Shown here: one piece after another, positions 48,236-62,360 of the stretch
Layout: the number at the start of each line of letters is the position of its first letter
How positions within the stretch are numbered: the stretch's first letter is position 1
Source: Chiloscyllium plagiosum
Lineage: Eukaryota
DNA length: 64,000 nt
Direction: 5' to 3'
Assembly (NCBI RefSeq): GCF_004010195.1
Contig: NC_057754.1
Coordinates: 6,096,611-6,160,610, forward strand
Notes under the pieces: generated by a model
What the model was told of the DNA's origin: nothing
The model's input: the letters and a program-made list of their open reading frames with translations, nothing else
The model's database searches: none
Made by a program: the position numbers and the translations under genes

Positions 48236-50310
48236 ATTACATCTTGGTAAAACAAATGAGGGCAGGACTTACACTAATTAAAAGTAAGGCTTTGAGTCGT
48301 GATATGGAACAAAGAGACCGAGGGGTTCAGGTCTTCTTAGTCTGTATCACATGTAGACTGGGTGGTAAAGAAGGTGGTTCGCACCCTTACCTTCATTGCT
48401 CAGACCTCTGAGTACAGGGGTTGGGAATTTGGGTTGAGGTTGTACAGGATGTTGGGGAGGCCTCTTCTGGAATACCGTGTCCAGTTCCGGTTATGCTGTT
48501 ATAGGAAGGATATTATTAAATTGGAGCGGATTCGGAAGAGACTAACCAGGATGTTGCCATGAATGGAGGGATTGTGTCACAAGGAGAAGCTGGATAGGCT
48601 GGGATGCTTTTTCACACTGTTTCAAAGACATTTAGACAAGTACATAAATAGGAAACATTTGGATGAATGTGGACCAAGCGGAGGCAGATGCAATCAGATT
48701 AGTTAGGAATTATGGTCGACACGGACTGGTTTAACCATAGGGCCTGTTATTGTGCTGTATAACATTATGACTAACTCTCGCTATCACTGAATCCCTCCAT
48801 GCTCAAAACTTCCCAGATCACTGTCACCTCATCAAGACTAAACCCTTCCTTATCTCTAGAAATCCTCTCGCCTCAGAACCATCATTATCTCTGGTATCAC
48901 AGACATCTCTGTAACATCCTCCAATCTCTTCCCATCTCATGACCCTCACGATCTCTAATCTTGACAACCCCCACAAATGTGTCCTTCTCCACAGTAAACA
49001 CTGATGCCACTCGTTTAGTGTCCCCCAACAACCCCATCTCCTGCGTCTCCACACATAGGCTGCCTTGCTGATCTTTGAGGTGGCCTGTTCTCCCTCTAGT
49101 GACCCATTTGCTCTTAATGTATTTTCTAATAACCCTTTCCCTATTTCTTACCCGATTCGCCAAAGCGGAATCCTGTCCCCCTTTTGCCTTACTGATTTTA
49201 CTCTTAAGTATACTCCTCTTGCCTTTATAGTCGAAAGATGCTGTGATTTTTGGATTGGAAAAATGCAAAATATTACATCTTGGTAAAACAAACGAAGGCA
49301 GGACTTACACTGATTGGGCCTCGGATAGTGATATGGAACAAAGAGACCGAGGCGTTCAGATCTTTGAAGTATGTGTCACATGCAGACAGGATGATTCAGA
49401 AGGGGTTTAGCACATTTGCCTTCAATGCTCAGATCTTTGAATATAGGAGTTGGGACGTTATGTTGAGTTGTACAGGATATTGGTGAGGCCAGGTCTGGTT
49501 GTGCTGTTATAGGAAGGATATTATTAAATCGGAGCAGGTTCAGATGAGATTTACCAGGATGGTTATGGGAACGGAGAGATTGAATTATAAGCAGAGTCTG
49601 AATAGGCTGGGTCCTTTTTCACTGGCGCACAGGAGGCTGAGCGGTGACCTTATTAGAGGTTTGTAAAATCCTAAAGAGTTTCAGTAATGTGAACAGCAGG
49701 TGCCCTTTCCAGGAGGGGGCGCGATTCAAGATTGGTGACATACTTTTTAACATAAGAAAGGAAGGCTTTAAAAAGAAGTTCCGGATTTTATTTTTTGTTT
49801 TTGCACAGAGAGTGGTTCACATGTGGAATAAACTTGCAGAGGACATGGCAGCTGTGAATACAATTACAATTTCAGGGTGGCACAGTGGCTCAACGGTTAG
49901 CACTGCTACCTCTCAGCGCCAGGGACACAGGCTCAATTCCTGTTTGGGTGACTGTCCATGTGGAGTTGGCATATTCCTCCCCATGTCACCGTGGGTTCCT
50001 CCAGGTGCTCCCGTTTCCTTCCACAAACCACAGATGTACAGGGAAGGTGAACTGGCTGTGCTCAATTGCCCATAGTGTTCAGGAATGATTGAGTTGAGTG
50101 AATTAGTCAGGGGTAAATGTAGAGCAAACGGGTAGGGGAATGGGATTCTAATAGGAAAAATAACATTTGGACACATATATCTATAGGGAATGCTAGGATG
50201 GACTTGGACCAAGTGGAGGCAGATGCGATTAGTTCAGTTCGAATTTATGGTCGACACGGACCGGTTGGACCACAGGGTCTGTGCCGATGCTGTATAACTT
50301 TATGACTCGT
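48236..50310 (+). mobile_element. Two paralogous CR1 3' ends (48236-48770, 49270-50310) around a minus CR1 piece; HE1 SINE at 49875-50150
   Basis: Both start ATTACATCTTGGTAAAACAAA and share their 3' flank with 7370-8500. Confidence 0.8.
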
Positions 50311-51739
50311 TACCTCTGTAAATTCCTCTATGCTTGGATCTCTCCCTATCAGTGCCACCTCACCCTGCCTTACAAACCCTCATCTCTATAATTCCTCTCC
50401 AGCCTCAAAATCCAAAAACCTCTACCACAAATATCTCTATCTCTGTAAAATCCTCCATCCTCACAATCCTTTCCAACTTGCATCTCCTCCCGCTTCATTA
50501 TCCTCCCCATGTCTAATCCCCTCCAGTCTCTCAAAGCTCTGCTATAGCAGCCTTTCTTTATTTCCAGCTTTCAGGATGTCCAATGTTTATTTCTCACATG
50601 ATGATGGCCCTTTCCAATTCCTGCGCTGGGCTTCTGAATTTCCACTTAAACCTCTGCGTCTCACTTTCCTCCCAAAAACATTCACCAATCACGTGCCATT
50701 TATTCTCGTATCACTTTTTCTGACCTGATGTCCAATGGAGCCTGTCACATTCCTATAATAAACATCTCAGCGGTCGACAGAACAGAAAAAGGCTCTGGTG
50801 GCCCATCGGGTCTATGAGAAAAAAAAACTACCACCGAACTATCCTCATCTATTTTCCAGTACTTGTGGGAAAGTGTCATATCATGGCATCGCAAATACAC
50901 ACTAAATACATCTCAAATGCTTTCGGGATTTCTGTGTACCCCCCTACACAGACAGTGAGGTTTAGTGCAACTGTTGCTCGATGACGACATCACCCACAGG
51001 AACACAGAGCAGCTGGGTCTGTGCAAACCAGAGATCGCTCACACATTGGGAAGGATGGCAGGGTCCCTGAGAGGGTGCACAGGAGAGTTACCAGGATGGT
51101 TCAAGGAATAGGGGATTTTAGTTGCAGGGACATGGGTATTGTTAATACATATCAAGAATATCCATCTACAAAGATGGACTCTCCGTCCAAACTCTCCCCT
51201 TGCCTGGGTAACCTTCAGGTTAAACCACCACCAGACATCTCTCTCTAATGTGAGAGCAGCCCTATGGTCTGGTAGGACAATGCTGCCTTTACCTTTTACA
51301 CAGTGATGCCACTGTGCGTCGGGGGTGGGGAGAGGGAATGCTGAAAGTGGTGGATGGGACACCACTGAGGTACACTGCTTTGTCCTGGAGAATGTTCACT
51401 TTCTTTAATATTGTTGAGGGTTGCACTGATGCAGGCAAGTGGAGAATGTTCCAACACAATCCTGATGTGTGACTTATAGACAACTATCAGGCATTGGGGA
51501 ATCAGATTGTTTGGGAAAACAGATTGTTCTCCTTGTAGGAAAGGAAATTGAGGGGAGCTGACAGATAAGTGTCTACAAAACATATACATTTGGATGTTAA
51601 ACCGTACACTCATCAACTCATCATAAAATGATTACTGGACACATATCGAAGATTTTGGGGAAATCTATTGACAGGATGGTTTGATTCAAAGGAGAATTTT
51701 TATGCAGAAAATGAAATTGAGCTGGAACAAAATACTCAC

Positions 51740-51841
51740 ACACAGTGCAAATATCCAGGTCCTGATGAATGGAGTAATTCAATCAGAGTTTGGTGTTACA
51801 GTCACTGAGATTCCCATCTGAATATTCACCTGTAGTATCCT
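51740..51841 (-). other. Candidate exon related to the 10.1-kb/35.9-kb exon family
   Basis: Minus strand: CTGAC branch-like motif, AG|GATACT acceptor, TCATCAGGACCTGGATAT (cf. TCATCAGGATCTGAACAT at ~10160), GTGAGT donor at 51734-51739. Confidence 0.4.
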
Positions 51842-52607
51842 CTAATACAAGTTTATAAAATCCGTCACTGTCAGGTCAGGTTAGAAACTCACACCATCCC
51901 CTCCTCCTGGTCCAGGATGATTGTGCAAATCACCCCTTGTGGAGACCAGCAGTCAGTTCAAGGGGAAATCTATGTGGGTTTCTGAGTTTCCAACTTGGGA
52001 CTTCATGTGACTGAACAGGGCAGATCTTTGGCAGATGGGACAGAGTCCCTCCAGCTTCATTATCCTCATGTTCCAAGAGTCAGTGAGATGCAGAGAGCAG
52101 GATTTGCTTCGTTTTCTTTCCTTCCATGCTGCTGCTATGCCTCATCAATAAGACATGGGGAGTGAAAGGCTCATGCAGCTTGATGGGCAAGTTGTCTCCA
52201 TTCTGACCAATGGGCAGCAAGATCCTCCGAGTCACTCCAAAGAGTCTTTCTGAAAAGACAGCAACTCAGCATGCTTCCCACTGTCCGGTGCTCCCTGGAA
52301 AGGTTTAGTAGAATAGGGGGGGGAATCTCCTAGAAAATGCAGAACAGTAAACTTCCAAAAGGATTATTAACTGTTTACAGAGAGGGATTCGTTGGAGAAG
52401 TGGACAACAAATTGGCAAATGGAACATATCTCGCGATAATGTGAAGTTGTTCATTTTGGAGGGGATAATAAAAGAACAGAGGACTATTTAAATGGTGGAG
52501 ACTGTAGAAAGCTGCACCACAAAGGGACCAGGGGCAATTGTGCAGGAAACACAGAAAGCTAGCACACAGTTACAACAGGTCATCAGGAAGGGAGATGAAA
52601 CGTTGTT

Positions 52608-53691
52608 CCTTGTTTGAAGGGATTTGCAGTATAAGAGTTTGGAGTATATACCTGAGAGCCACTTTATAAACTGCGAGTGAGACCACATATGGAGTAATGA
52701 GAGAAGTTTTGGTCCCTTTATTTCAGGAAATATATCACTTCATCGGAGGCATTCAGAGACGATTGACTGGGATGATCCCTGGTTTGCAGGGACTCGCTTT
52801 TAAGATAAGGCTGAAGAAGTTGGGAGTCGACTCACTGGATTTGGCGGAGAGTGAGAGGGTATCTTATTGAAACATAGCGGCTTATTAAGGAGTATGACAG
52901 GGTAAATTCTGAGAGGATGTGTCCCATCATGAGGGAACCTAGAACCTGATTCTGGGTCAGTTGCAGAATCAAGGGTTCTGTTTTAGATTCGTCAACTTTA
53001 ATGCAACACAGACATGGTTAAGGGGTTTCAGTAGCAATGGAGCTGGGGTGAGGTGGAGAAAAGCAACATTTTAGAGATTAGAATTCCTAGTGTTTGTGAT
53101 TGTGTAGATGTCTGTTCAGAAGATCACCTTGGGGTCAGAATATGAGAGCCCTTGTTTGAAGGGATTTGCAGTATAAGAGTTTGGAGTATATACCTGAGAG
53201 CCACTTTATAAACTGCGAGTAAGACCACATATGGAGTAATGAGAGAAGTTTTGGTCCCTTTATTTAAGGAAATATATCACTTCATCGGAGGCATTCAGAG
53301 AAGATTGACTGGGATGATCCCTGGTTTGCAGGGACTCTCTTTTAAGAAAAGGCTGAAGAAGTTGGAACTCGACTCACTGGATTTGGCGGAGAATGAGGGG
53401 GGATCTTATTGAAACATAGCGGCTTATTAAGGAGTATGACAGGGTAAATACTGAGAGGATGTGTCCCATCATGAGGGAACCTAGAACCAGATTCTGGGTC
53501 AGTTGCAGAATCAAGGGTTCTGTTTTAGATTCGTCAACTTTAATGCAACACAGACATGGGTAAGGGGATTCAGTAGCAATGGAGCTGGGGTGAGGTGGAG
53601 AAAAGCAATGTTTTCGAGATTGGAATTCCTGGTGTTTGTGATTGTGTAGATGTCTGTTCAGAAGATCACCTTGGGGTCAGAATATGAGAGC
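52608..53691. repeat. Direct tandem duplication, 542-bp period, spanning a CR1/L2 junction
   Basis: CCTTGTTTGAAGGGATTTGCAGTATAAGAG at 52608 and 53150; both copies end TATGAGAGC. Confidence 0.95.
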
Positions 53692-55304
53692 AATATTGTG
53701 AAGAGTGTAGTTCTGCCTCAGACATTTACCAGTGAGAGGGAGGGGCACAGCAGTAAGGGAAAGGAATTTGTAATAGCAACTGAAGGCAATAGGTTTAATC
53801 ATTGCAGTGTTTCATTGGAGGAAATTGCAGCCAATCGAGTTGTAGGTGTGTGGTAAGCAGTTGGAAGAATGAGTAACAGTGGAGCAATGGAGAGGGATGA
53901 TGGGGAGAGAGAGAGCTGGGCATTGTCAGTGTACATGTGAAACCAATACGATGTCACCTCCTGGCAGTATATAGGTGAGATACAGGAGAGAACAAAGATA
54001 GATCCTGGATGGACACCACATATGAGGAATTCAGAAAGGAAAGGGAGAATGAAGATGGGGCAGGATTTTCCAACAACCTTGAGGTCAAATATTAGTTCTT
54101 AGCAGAATTGGAGAGAAGGACATAACCAGAAAAGACAGACAGAGCAAGGAACAATATTTGTGAATTGGTGAGGGGGAGTGATGAGGAGGAGCCAGACTCC
54201 AAAACTGCTATTTCTACATCAGTGACATCACCCAACTCCACCCTAGTCTCGGCTCATTTACTGAAATATTCATCCATCCTTGCGTTATCTCCAGACTTCG
54301 TTATCCAAACAAACTCCTGGCCAGCCTCCCACATTCAACTTACATATAATCTCAAGAATATCTATAAATCTACTGCCCAAGTGCTCACTTGTACCAAAAC
54401 TTGTTGATTCATCAAAAGGCTCCGATTTACAAGCAACAATTTAAAATTCTCTCCCGTGATGTAATTCCTGGCTGTGAACATCCCTGTCTCCCTGCACCAC
54501 ACAACCTGTGAGACCTCGACAACTCATTTGCTTTCAGACTCCCAAAGATGCATTTATTCATTGCTTCACCGGTCTGGCTGTTTCGACATGATCAAGGCAA
54601 CACTGTCTGGAATTCGCACCCTGACCCTCTCAGACCTGCTTTAACCTTTAAGGTATTCTTGAAAACCTGCTTATTTGGCAATACATTTGATCAGCTGACC
54701 TAATATCCCCATCTGTGGCCTTATGTCAGAAATTCTCAATTTCTGTAAAATTATAAAAATGATAAAAATACAAACTGTTGTTGATTTGCACACACATTGT
54801 CAGCTCTTCACTGTCGCTGAGTGAATAATCTGTAACATTGTGGGAGCACCTTCACCACACGAACTGTATCTGTACAAGGAAGTCAAACATCATCCTCTCC
54901 ACAGGCAATGGGGCTTTAGCATTAATGAGGAAAGGGCATGTGCCCGAAACGTCGAATCTCCTTTTCCCTAGATGCTGTCTGACCTTCTGTGCTGTTCCAG
55001 CAATAAAGTTTCGGCTTTAGCATTAATCAATGGCGTCTGTGGAGAGAGAAACACATAGTTGATATTTCAGGGAGTGCTAAGTGCATTACAGGGAATGAAA
55101 ATGTTACAGAATTTGATGGTCAGAAATGGAAGGAAAATGCACTCTTGTTGAAAAAAAGAATTATTCACTGGCAAAGCTACTGTGGAAAATTTAGTCCATT
55201 TAGAGAGCAGCACATTGCAGGGGTTGGGCAGCAGAGGAAAATTAACTTACAAAACTCTGTGAACGAACAGTAAAACACTAAATACTGTGTCCAAATACTG
55301 TAAC

Positions 55305-55582
55305 TCCCCTACGTGCTCCACCAAGGACATGCAGGTCCTGGGCCGCCTCCACCGCCAAATGCCAGGCATCTGATGCCTGGACGAAGAACGCCTCATCTTC
55401 TGTGTTCAGATCCTCCAACCACATGGGGTCAATGTGGATTTCAGCAGTTTCCTCATTTCCACTCCCCCCACCTTATCCCAGATCCAGCCTTCGAACTCAG
55501 CACTGGCCTACATGTCCATTTTCCTTCACACCGATCGGCTGCTGCCTGACCTGCTTTGCTTTCCAGCATCACACTCTGACAT
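55305..55582 (+). mobile_element. Penelope-like 3' fragment
   Basis: CCAAGGACATGCAGGTCCTGGGCC..GAACGCCTCATCTTC matches 23580-23660. Confidence 0.75.
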
Positions 55583-55604
55583 TGAAAACATCCTGACTCT
55601 GACA

Positions 55605-56150
55605 CTGTGTAAATCCTGCCCTATCACTCCCTGCCAGGGAAGGGTGTGCATGCGTCCCCCTGCAGCTTGCCCCTCACAAAGTCGACGGCCACACACATGT
55701 CCTGTGGATCATTCCCCCCAATAAAGATGGCGGTAATCACTCACAACTTTCACCATTTTCTGGTTTGCCACAAACACGGGCCTGGGATTTTCAAATTTGT
55801 GTTTTCCGATGTGCACTAAGTTCTGTAAAATGTCTCAGCCCATTCCATTAAAATTTCCTTCCCTTCCTGGTCAATAGGTCTTTCCTTAACCGTGCCCTGC
55901 ACCTTCACACATTTCCAATGGCTTGGTCCCAACAACACTATGCTGCCAGTGAAGCTTATCATGTAGTTGAGTATAGCCACGTCCCTCATTCACTCAGATT
56001 GGTTGGAGGACCAACCGGCACTGCCTGGTCCTCCAGACCCATCCCCATCATCTTATTGGTCCTGCGCTGAAATCAATCACCAGAGGCCCATTGTTGGCTG
56101 GAGCATGCTCAGTGCGTCCTGCTTTTGCTGCTGTTCATCAGGTATAAGAG
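55605..56150 (-). promoter_or_regulatory. Promoter/first-exon module paralog
   Basis: GTAAATCCTGCCCTAT, GTGCATGCGT, AAGATGGCGG, GATTGGTTGGAGGACCAACCG and TATTGGTCC are collinear with 18155-18610. Confidence 0.65.
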
Positions 56151-56344
56151 AGAGGGTTCATTCCTGTTTCTCCTAATGTCAGACATTAACATCAACTTCC
56201 TGCATTGTATGGAGCCTTTCACCCTGACAATTCTCCTAAAGTGTTTCACGAATGCTGGAAGCGTTGATTAAAGAGAACAACTTCAAGATACATCATTGAG
56301 GAGTTCAGAGGGGGTTAGGAAGGATATTGAAGAGGTTTTTTTTT

Positions 56345-56593
56345 AGATTGGATTACTTAGATAAACCGTCTAAAGAGCAACCCACACAGACCCATTCACC
56401 TACATCTAACACTACGGCAATTTAGCATGGCCAATTCACCTAACCCGCACTTTTTTGGACTGTGGGAAAGAACCCACAAAAATACGGGGAGAATGTGCAA
56501 ACTCCACGCAGACAGTTGCCTGAGACGGGAGTAGAACCCGGGTCTCTGGCACGGTGAGGCAGCAGTGCTAACCACTGTGCCACCACGTCGCCC
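56345..56593 (-). mobile_element. HE1/V-SINE
   Basis: Reverse complement of the head (GCAGCAGTGCTAACCACTGTGCCACC) and GATTA tail. Confidence 0.88.
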
Positions 56594-57774
56594 AGCTGCA
56601 GCTCTGATCATAGAGTGATGTGTGTTGGGAACAGCTTACAACAGAGACAGTTACTGACTAACTGTAGTTTAGCAATCCCATGTCCTAATCCCCGACCCCA
56701 CACACCAGGCCTTGTTCTCACAACCTGTCATTACATACTACCTAAGGATAGCCACTAACAGTCTCGATTAACAGCTAGTCGCCCTTCCCCAGCCAGATCG
56801 TTATCGACTCCTTTATCCAACCCTGCTTCTCGCTCAATCCCAACCTTTCCTTTACTCCGTACATCCTCCCCTAAATCCTACCTTCTGCATATAAACCAAT
56901 ATTTTTTTCTCTCAGTATCAGTTCGGAGGAAGGGACACCGGATCTGAAATAGTAACTCTGATTTCTCTTCACAGATGCTGCCAGACCTGCTGAGCTTTTC
57001 CAGAACCTCCTGGTTGTTGTTTCTGATTTACATCTTCCGCAGTTCTTTTGGCTTTAATTTACCGGGAGTTTGTAATTCAGGTCCAACAGTCTCTGTCCCA
57101 GTCTCTGCTGTCTCTCCCAACCCCAAACAGTGACACTGCACCTGTACAGCTCATGGACATGTGTCATTTTGCTGGCCACACCCCTAATTTACTCCCATTG
57201 GCTGTAGGACCACACAGACTCTCCTCCCATTGGTCTGGAACTGCGGTCAATCAGCCGGGCCCCATTGTGATGAGAGTGGAGGGTTCATCCCTCTCTCTGT
57301 CCTGGGATGAGCTTCATCATTCACAGTGATTGGGGCAGTATCACAGAGCACAGGGCCTGGGGGCTATTCAGCCCAAAGGGGCTATACTCTCTCCCTCTGG
57401 AGATGCTGCAAACCTGTCCCAATTCCCCTCCTATTTGCCCACATCCACCGAAATCTTTCCTTAAAAATTAAAATTCCAAGTCTGTTTCAGAATACCTACT
57501 GAATCTGTGTCGTTCAGACTGTTCCTGATGCTCAGAACTTACTGAGTACAATAATATTCACATTTTCACTTTGTATTATTTGCCAATTACTTGAAAGTAG
57601 TTACTAAACGTTGTGATAGTGTTAACAATTCCTCTCTCTCCGCAAATTCAATATCTTGGAACCAGATCTGCACCAGGCCATGAATCACTGCTTCACCTTC
57701 TCAGCTCCAAGGACAATTATCTGTGCTTCAGCTTGCTCTCCACAAAACAGGAACACACCTTAGTTTATTAACGT

Positions 57775-60060
57775 CATAGACATGTACAGCACAGAAACAG
57801 AACTTCGGTCCAATTCATCCATGCCAACTAGGAATCCTAAACTACTGGAGTCGCATTTGCCAGCTATTGGCCTATATCCATCAAACCCTTACTGTTCACG
57901 TACCCAATCAGATGCCTTTAAAAAATGTTGTGATTTCATCAGCCTCCACTACTTCATCTGGCAGCTCATTCCATGCACACACCACATTCAGCTTGAAAAC
58001 ATTGCCCTTAGATTCCTTTTAAATCGTTGCCCTCTTAACCATGTGCTCTAGTTTTGGACCCATCTAACCTCAGGAAAAAGAACCCTGGCTGCCCACCTTA
58101 TCCATGGCCCTCGTGATTTTATAAATCTCCATGAAGTCACCTCTCAGTATTGGACTCTCCAGGGAAATTAACCCCAGCCTATTCGGTCTCTCCCTGAATC
58201 CCAAATCCTCCAATCCTGGCAACGTTTTTGTGAATCTTGTCCGAACCTTTTCACATTTCACAACATCCTTACGAGAACAGGGAAATTCAAACTGAAAACA
58301 GAATTCCAGAAGTGGCTTAATCAACGTCCTGTCCAGCCACAGTATGACGTCCCAGCTTCTGTGTTCAATGCATTGACCAATAACGGAGAGCGTTAATGGA
58401 GTCCCATTTGCCAGCGGTTCACCCTTATCCCTCTAAAGTCTTCCTCTTCATGTACCCAATAAGGTGCCTTTTAAATGCTGCAATTGTACGAGCCTCCACC
58501 CCTTCCTCTGGCAGTTCACTCCATACTTGTAATGCCCTCAATATGAATAAGATGCCCCTTAGATCCCTTTTACATCTTTTCCATCTCACCTTAAGCCTGG
58601 ACCCTGTAGTTCTGGACCCACTGAACTTGGGAAAAAGTCCCTGACTGCTCACCTTATCCATGTCCTTCATGATTTTATAAGATCACCTCTCAGCCTCCAA
58701 CTCTCCAGGGAAAACAGTCCCAGCCTATTCAGCATTTCCCATTAGCTCAAACCGTCCAACCCTGGCAAAGTCCTTGCAAATGTTTTCTGAACCCTTTCAA
58801 GTTTCTCAACATTATTCCAAGAACAGGAAGATTGGAACTGAAAACAGAATTCCAGAAGGGCCTTAATCAGTGCCCTGTCCAGCCACAATATGATGTCACA
58901 ACAGCTGCATTCAATGCATTGACTAATAACAGGGTGCGTACCAAATGCTGCATTCACTACCCCGCCGACCTGTGACTATACTTTCAAGGAAATATAAACC
59001 TGCACTCCAAGGTCCCTTTGTTCAGCAATGTTCCCCAGGACTTTACCATTAATTGTATAAGTTCTGCCCTGATTTGCCTTTCCAAAATACAACAGCTTGC
59101 ATTTATCTAAATTGAACTCCATCTGCCATTCCTTGCTCCAATGGCCCATCTGATCCAGATCATATTGTATTCTGAACTAACCTTCTTCACTACCCACTAC
59201 AACTCCAATTTTTGTGTCTTCTGTAAACGTACTGACCATACCTCATATTCACATCCAAGTCATTTATTTAAGGGCCCAATATCCATTCTTGCAGCACATT
59301 GCTGCTCACAGGCCTCCAGTCCGCAAAGCAACCCTCCATCATCCTCTGTCTGCTTCTTTCAAGGCAGTTTTGTAATGGCTTTGTCTCCCTGCATTCCATG
59401 TTATCTAACCCTGCTAACCAGTCTGCTTTGTGGAAACTTGTTGAATGTCCATATAAACAACGTTCACAGCCTGGATTAATCAATTTTCTTTGTCACTTCA
59501 AAACATTCAGTCAAGTTAGTGACAGACAATTGCGCATGTACAAAGTCACACTGACTCTCCCTGATCATTCCTTACCTTTCGAAAATAGATGGATATCCTG
59601 TCCCTCAGAATCCCTTTCAACAACTTGCCTGCCACTGACTTCAGGCTCACTGTTTTCTTGTTCCATGGCCTCTCCTTACCACCTTTTTAAAAATAATGGC
59701 ACCTCACCTGTCGCTATCAACGATACAAATACCTCAGGAGAGGCCCAACAATCACTTCCCTAGATTTCCATAAAGTTCCAGGGTACACCTGATCAGGTTC
59801 CAGGGCTTTATCCACCTTGATGTGATTTAAGACATCTAGTACCACCTCCTCTGTAACATGGACACTTTTCAAGTAATCACTGTTTCAAGTAATAACTCTT
59901 GAGCTTCCATATACTTCGCCAGTAAAAATGAAGTGAAATATTTGCATATTTTTCGCACACCCTGTGGTTCCATAGACAGACTTGTTAACCTTTCAGAGGT
60001 CCTATTCTCTGGTCCAGTTAATCTTTTGTCAGTGATATATTTGTTTAATCTCTTTGGATT
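57775..60060 (-). mobile_element. Two consecutive CR1 copies (57775-58395 and 58395-60060)
   Basis: Both encode LIK(P/A)LLEFCFQF and repeat the same 3' region; RT motifs further right. Confidence 0.88.
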
Positions 60061-60061
60061 C

Positions 60062-60535
60062 TATTCCAGGACATCCCAGAAAGGCCTACTTCAAGGACCG
60101 TAATTTTCCTCTGACTTGATCAACAATGCCCTCCAACACATACNNNNNNNNNNNNNNNNNNNNNNNNNNNNNNNNNNNNNNNNNNNNNNNNNNNNCTTGA
60201 CCCTCCCTTGCCGCCATGGGAAATGTAAAACGTGCTGCCACACCTCCCTCTGAACTCTGTCCAAGACCACAAAAGGATCTTTTCACATTAGGCAGAGATT
60301 TGCCTGCACATCCCAAAACCTCATATACAGCATCTGGACACTATGGGAAATATAATGTGGTTCATCCAACTAACCTACACATCTTTGGACTGTGGGAGGA
60401 AACTGGAACACCTGAAGGAAACCCTCACAAACACTGGTGAGAATGTGCCAACTTGAACACAGGCAGTCGCCTGAGGCTGGAATCAAACCCAGGTCCCTGG
60501 TGCTGAGGAAGCAGCGCTAACCACTGAGTCACAAT
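60062..60535. mobile_element. Penelope-like fragment (with 52-N gap, 60144-60195) joined to a minus-strand HE1/V-SINE (60333-60535)
   Basis: GGAAATGTAAAACGTG..AGATTTGCCTGCACATCC resembles 23320-23415; the SINE body follows. Confidence 0.65.
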
Positions 60536-60609
60536 ACTGTGGGATCTTTGCTGCTGATGCGCTGCCCCACTGATACCTCAGGAAATGAGGCAGGGTGAGT
60601 GACTAAGTG

Positions 60610-60960
60610 GCAGTGATGACAGAGTGACGTTATCGCTAGACAGTTAATCCAGAGACCCAGGTAACGTTGTGGGGACCCGGGTTTGAATCCCATCACGGCA
60701 GATTTTGGAACGTGAATTCAATAAATATCTGGGAAAAAATAATCTAGTGACGACAAGGAATCCATTGTCAATTGTTGGAAAAACCATTGTGGTTCACCAC
60801 GACCTTTAGGGAAGGACAATGCCATCCTTACCTGGTCTGGTCTGCATGGGACTCCAGACCTATAGCAACATGGTTGACTCTTAACTGCCCTCTGGGTAAA
60901 CGCAGCAGTAAATGCTGGCCGAGCCAGTGACAGCCTTATCCTGTGAATGAATAAAGAAAA
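60610..60960 (+). mobile_element. tRNA-derived SINE (second family)
   Basis: GGGTTTGAATCCC B-box; body shared with 5955-6265. Confidence 0.75.
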
Positions 60961-61059
60961 CAGGTCGGTGTTGTTCCTTCTCTAGTAGGTACATCCTACA
61001 AACTGAATCTGAAATATTCTCCTTCACACTGAACAAATACCTTTCCATCCAAGTCTTTA

Positions 61060-62360
61060 ACACCACCAACATATCTTCGGAGTGCTATAAAGTTAAAAAC
61101 AACTTATCATTGCATCCATATTATTCTTACATATAACTGAGGTCTCCTGGTAAAATTGTGTCAATTCACCGGTGACTATTGGGAGGGACTCTAAAATACA
61201 ATCCCAGTAAGATGGTCATCCCTTTCTTATTTCTCAGTACCAACCAAATAACTTGCCTGGATGTACTCCCAGGAATATCGTCCCAAAGCCCAGCTATAAT
61301 GTTATCCCTAACCAAAAACATCTCTCTCCCTGCTCTGTTGGCCCCTTTCTATCCTTGCTATAGCATCTATACCCTGGAACATTAAGCTGTCAGTCCTATC
61401 CATTCCTGAGTGATGCCTCTGTAATTGCTATAATATCGCAGTCACATGTTCAAAACCATATCCTGAGCTCACCTGCCTGACCTGTAAGGCCTCTTGCACT
61501 GAAATAAATGCAGTGCAACCGGTCCGTCGCACCTCATTCTGTGACTTGCTCTTGCCTGCCTTGACAGTCTGTCTGGTGAACAATACCAGCCTCAGACTCA
61601 CCTCTTTTCTCACTATCTCTTTAGGATTACCCTGACTCCCTCACGGGTATAATGCCTCCCGAGTGGCATTAGCACATCTCCCTGCTCGTTAGGACCCCAT
61701 GCTTTCCCCTTCCTATGCCATTGATACCAATGTACAATGTCCTCCCGCTGGTTATTTTCCCTTTTGAGAATAGTCTGCTCCCTCAGAGACATCATTGACA
61801 CTGGCACCAAGCAGCACCATTCCATTCTGATGTCTCACTGTCAGCTGCAGAAACAGCAGACTGTGCCCTTGAGTGGAGAGTCCCCTATCTCAATCGATCG
61901 TGTGGAACTGGATATACATCACATTATGTTAAAAGCCAGTCTCAGTACCAGTAACTTGGCTGTCAGTGCTACATTCCCCTGAGAGTTTATTATCACCTAC
62001 ATTTTCCAAAACGATACCCTTGCCTGAGATGGGGATAGCCACAGGAGACTCCTGCAGTACCGACCTACCTCCCCTAGCTTTCCTGTCGGTAACCCATCTA
62101 CCTGACTGTATCTGCAGTATCCTGCATTCCTGAGACTGCCCTATCACACCCCCCGGCTCCTGTCAATTCCTCACTGCCTTTGATCACTCCTCCACCAATC
62201 CATGTGATCCAATAGGATTAGCAATCACATTTGCTGCAGACATAATCATTAAGATCATTGAAACTCTCCCTAATCTCCCACATCCGAAAGGAACAGCCCC
62301 CCACTCTACAACTGACCATCTCTCCGCCTTAACAATCTACAAACCAAGACAAACGCACAG
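61060..62360 (-). mobile_element. CR1 LINE 5' half
   Basis: SVLQESPVAIPISGKGIVLENV; paralog of 45010-46380. Confidence 0.75.
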
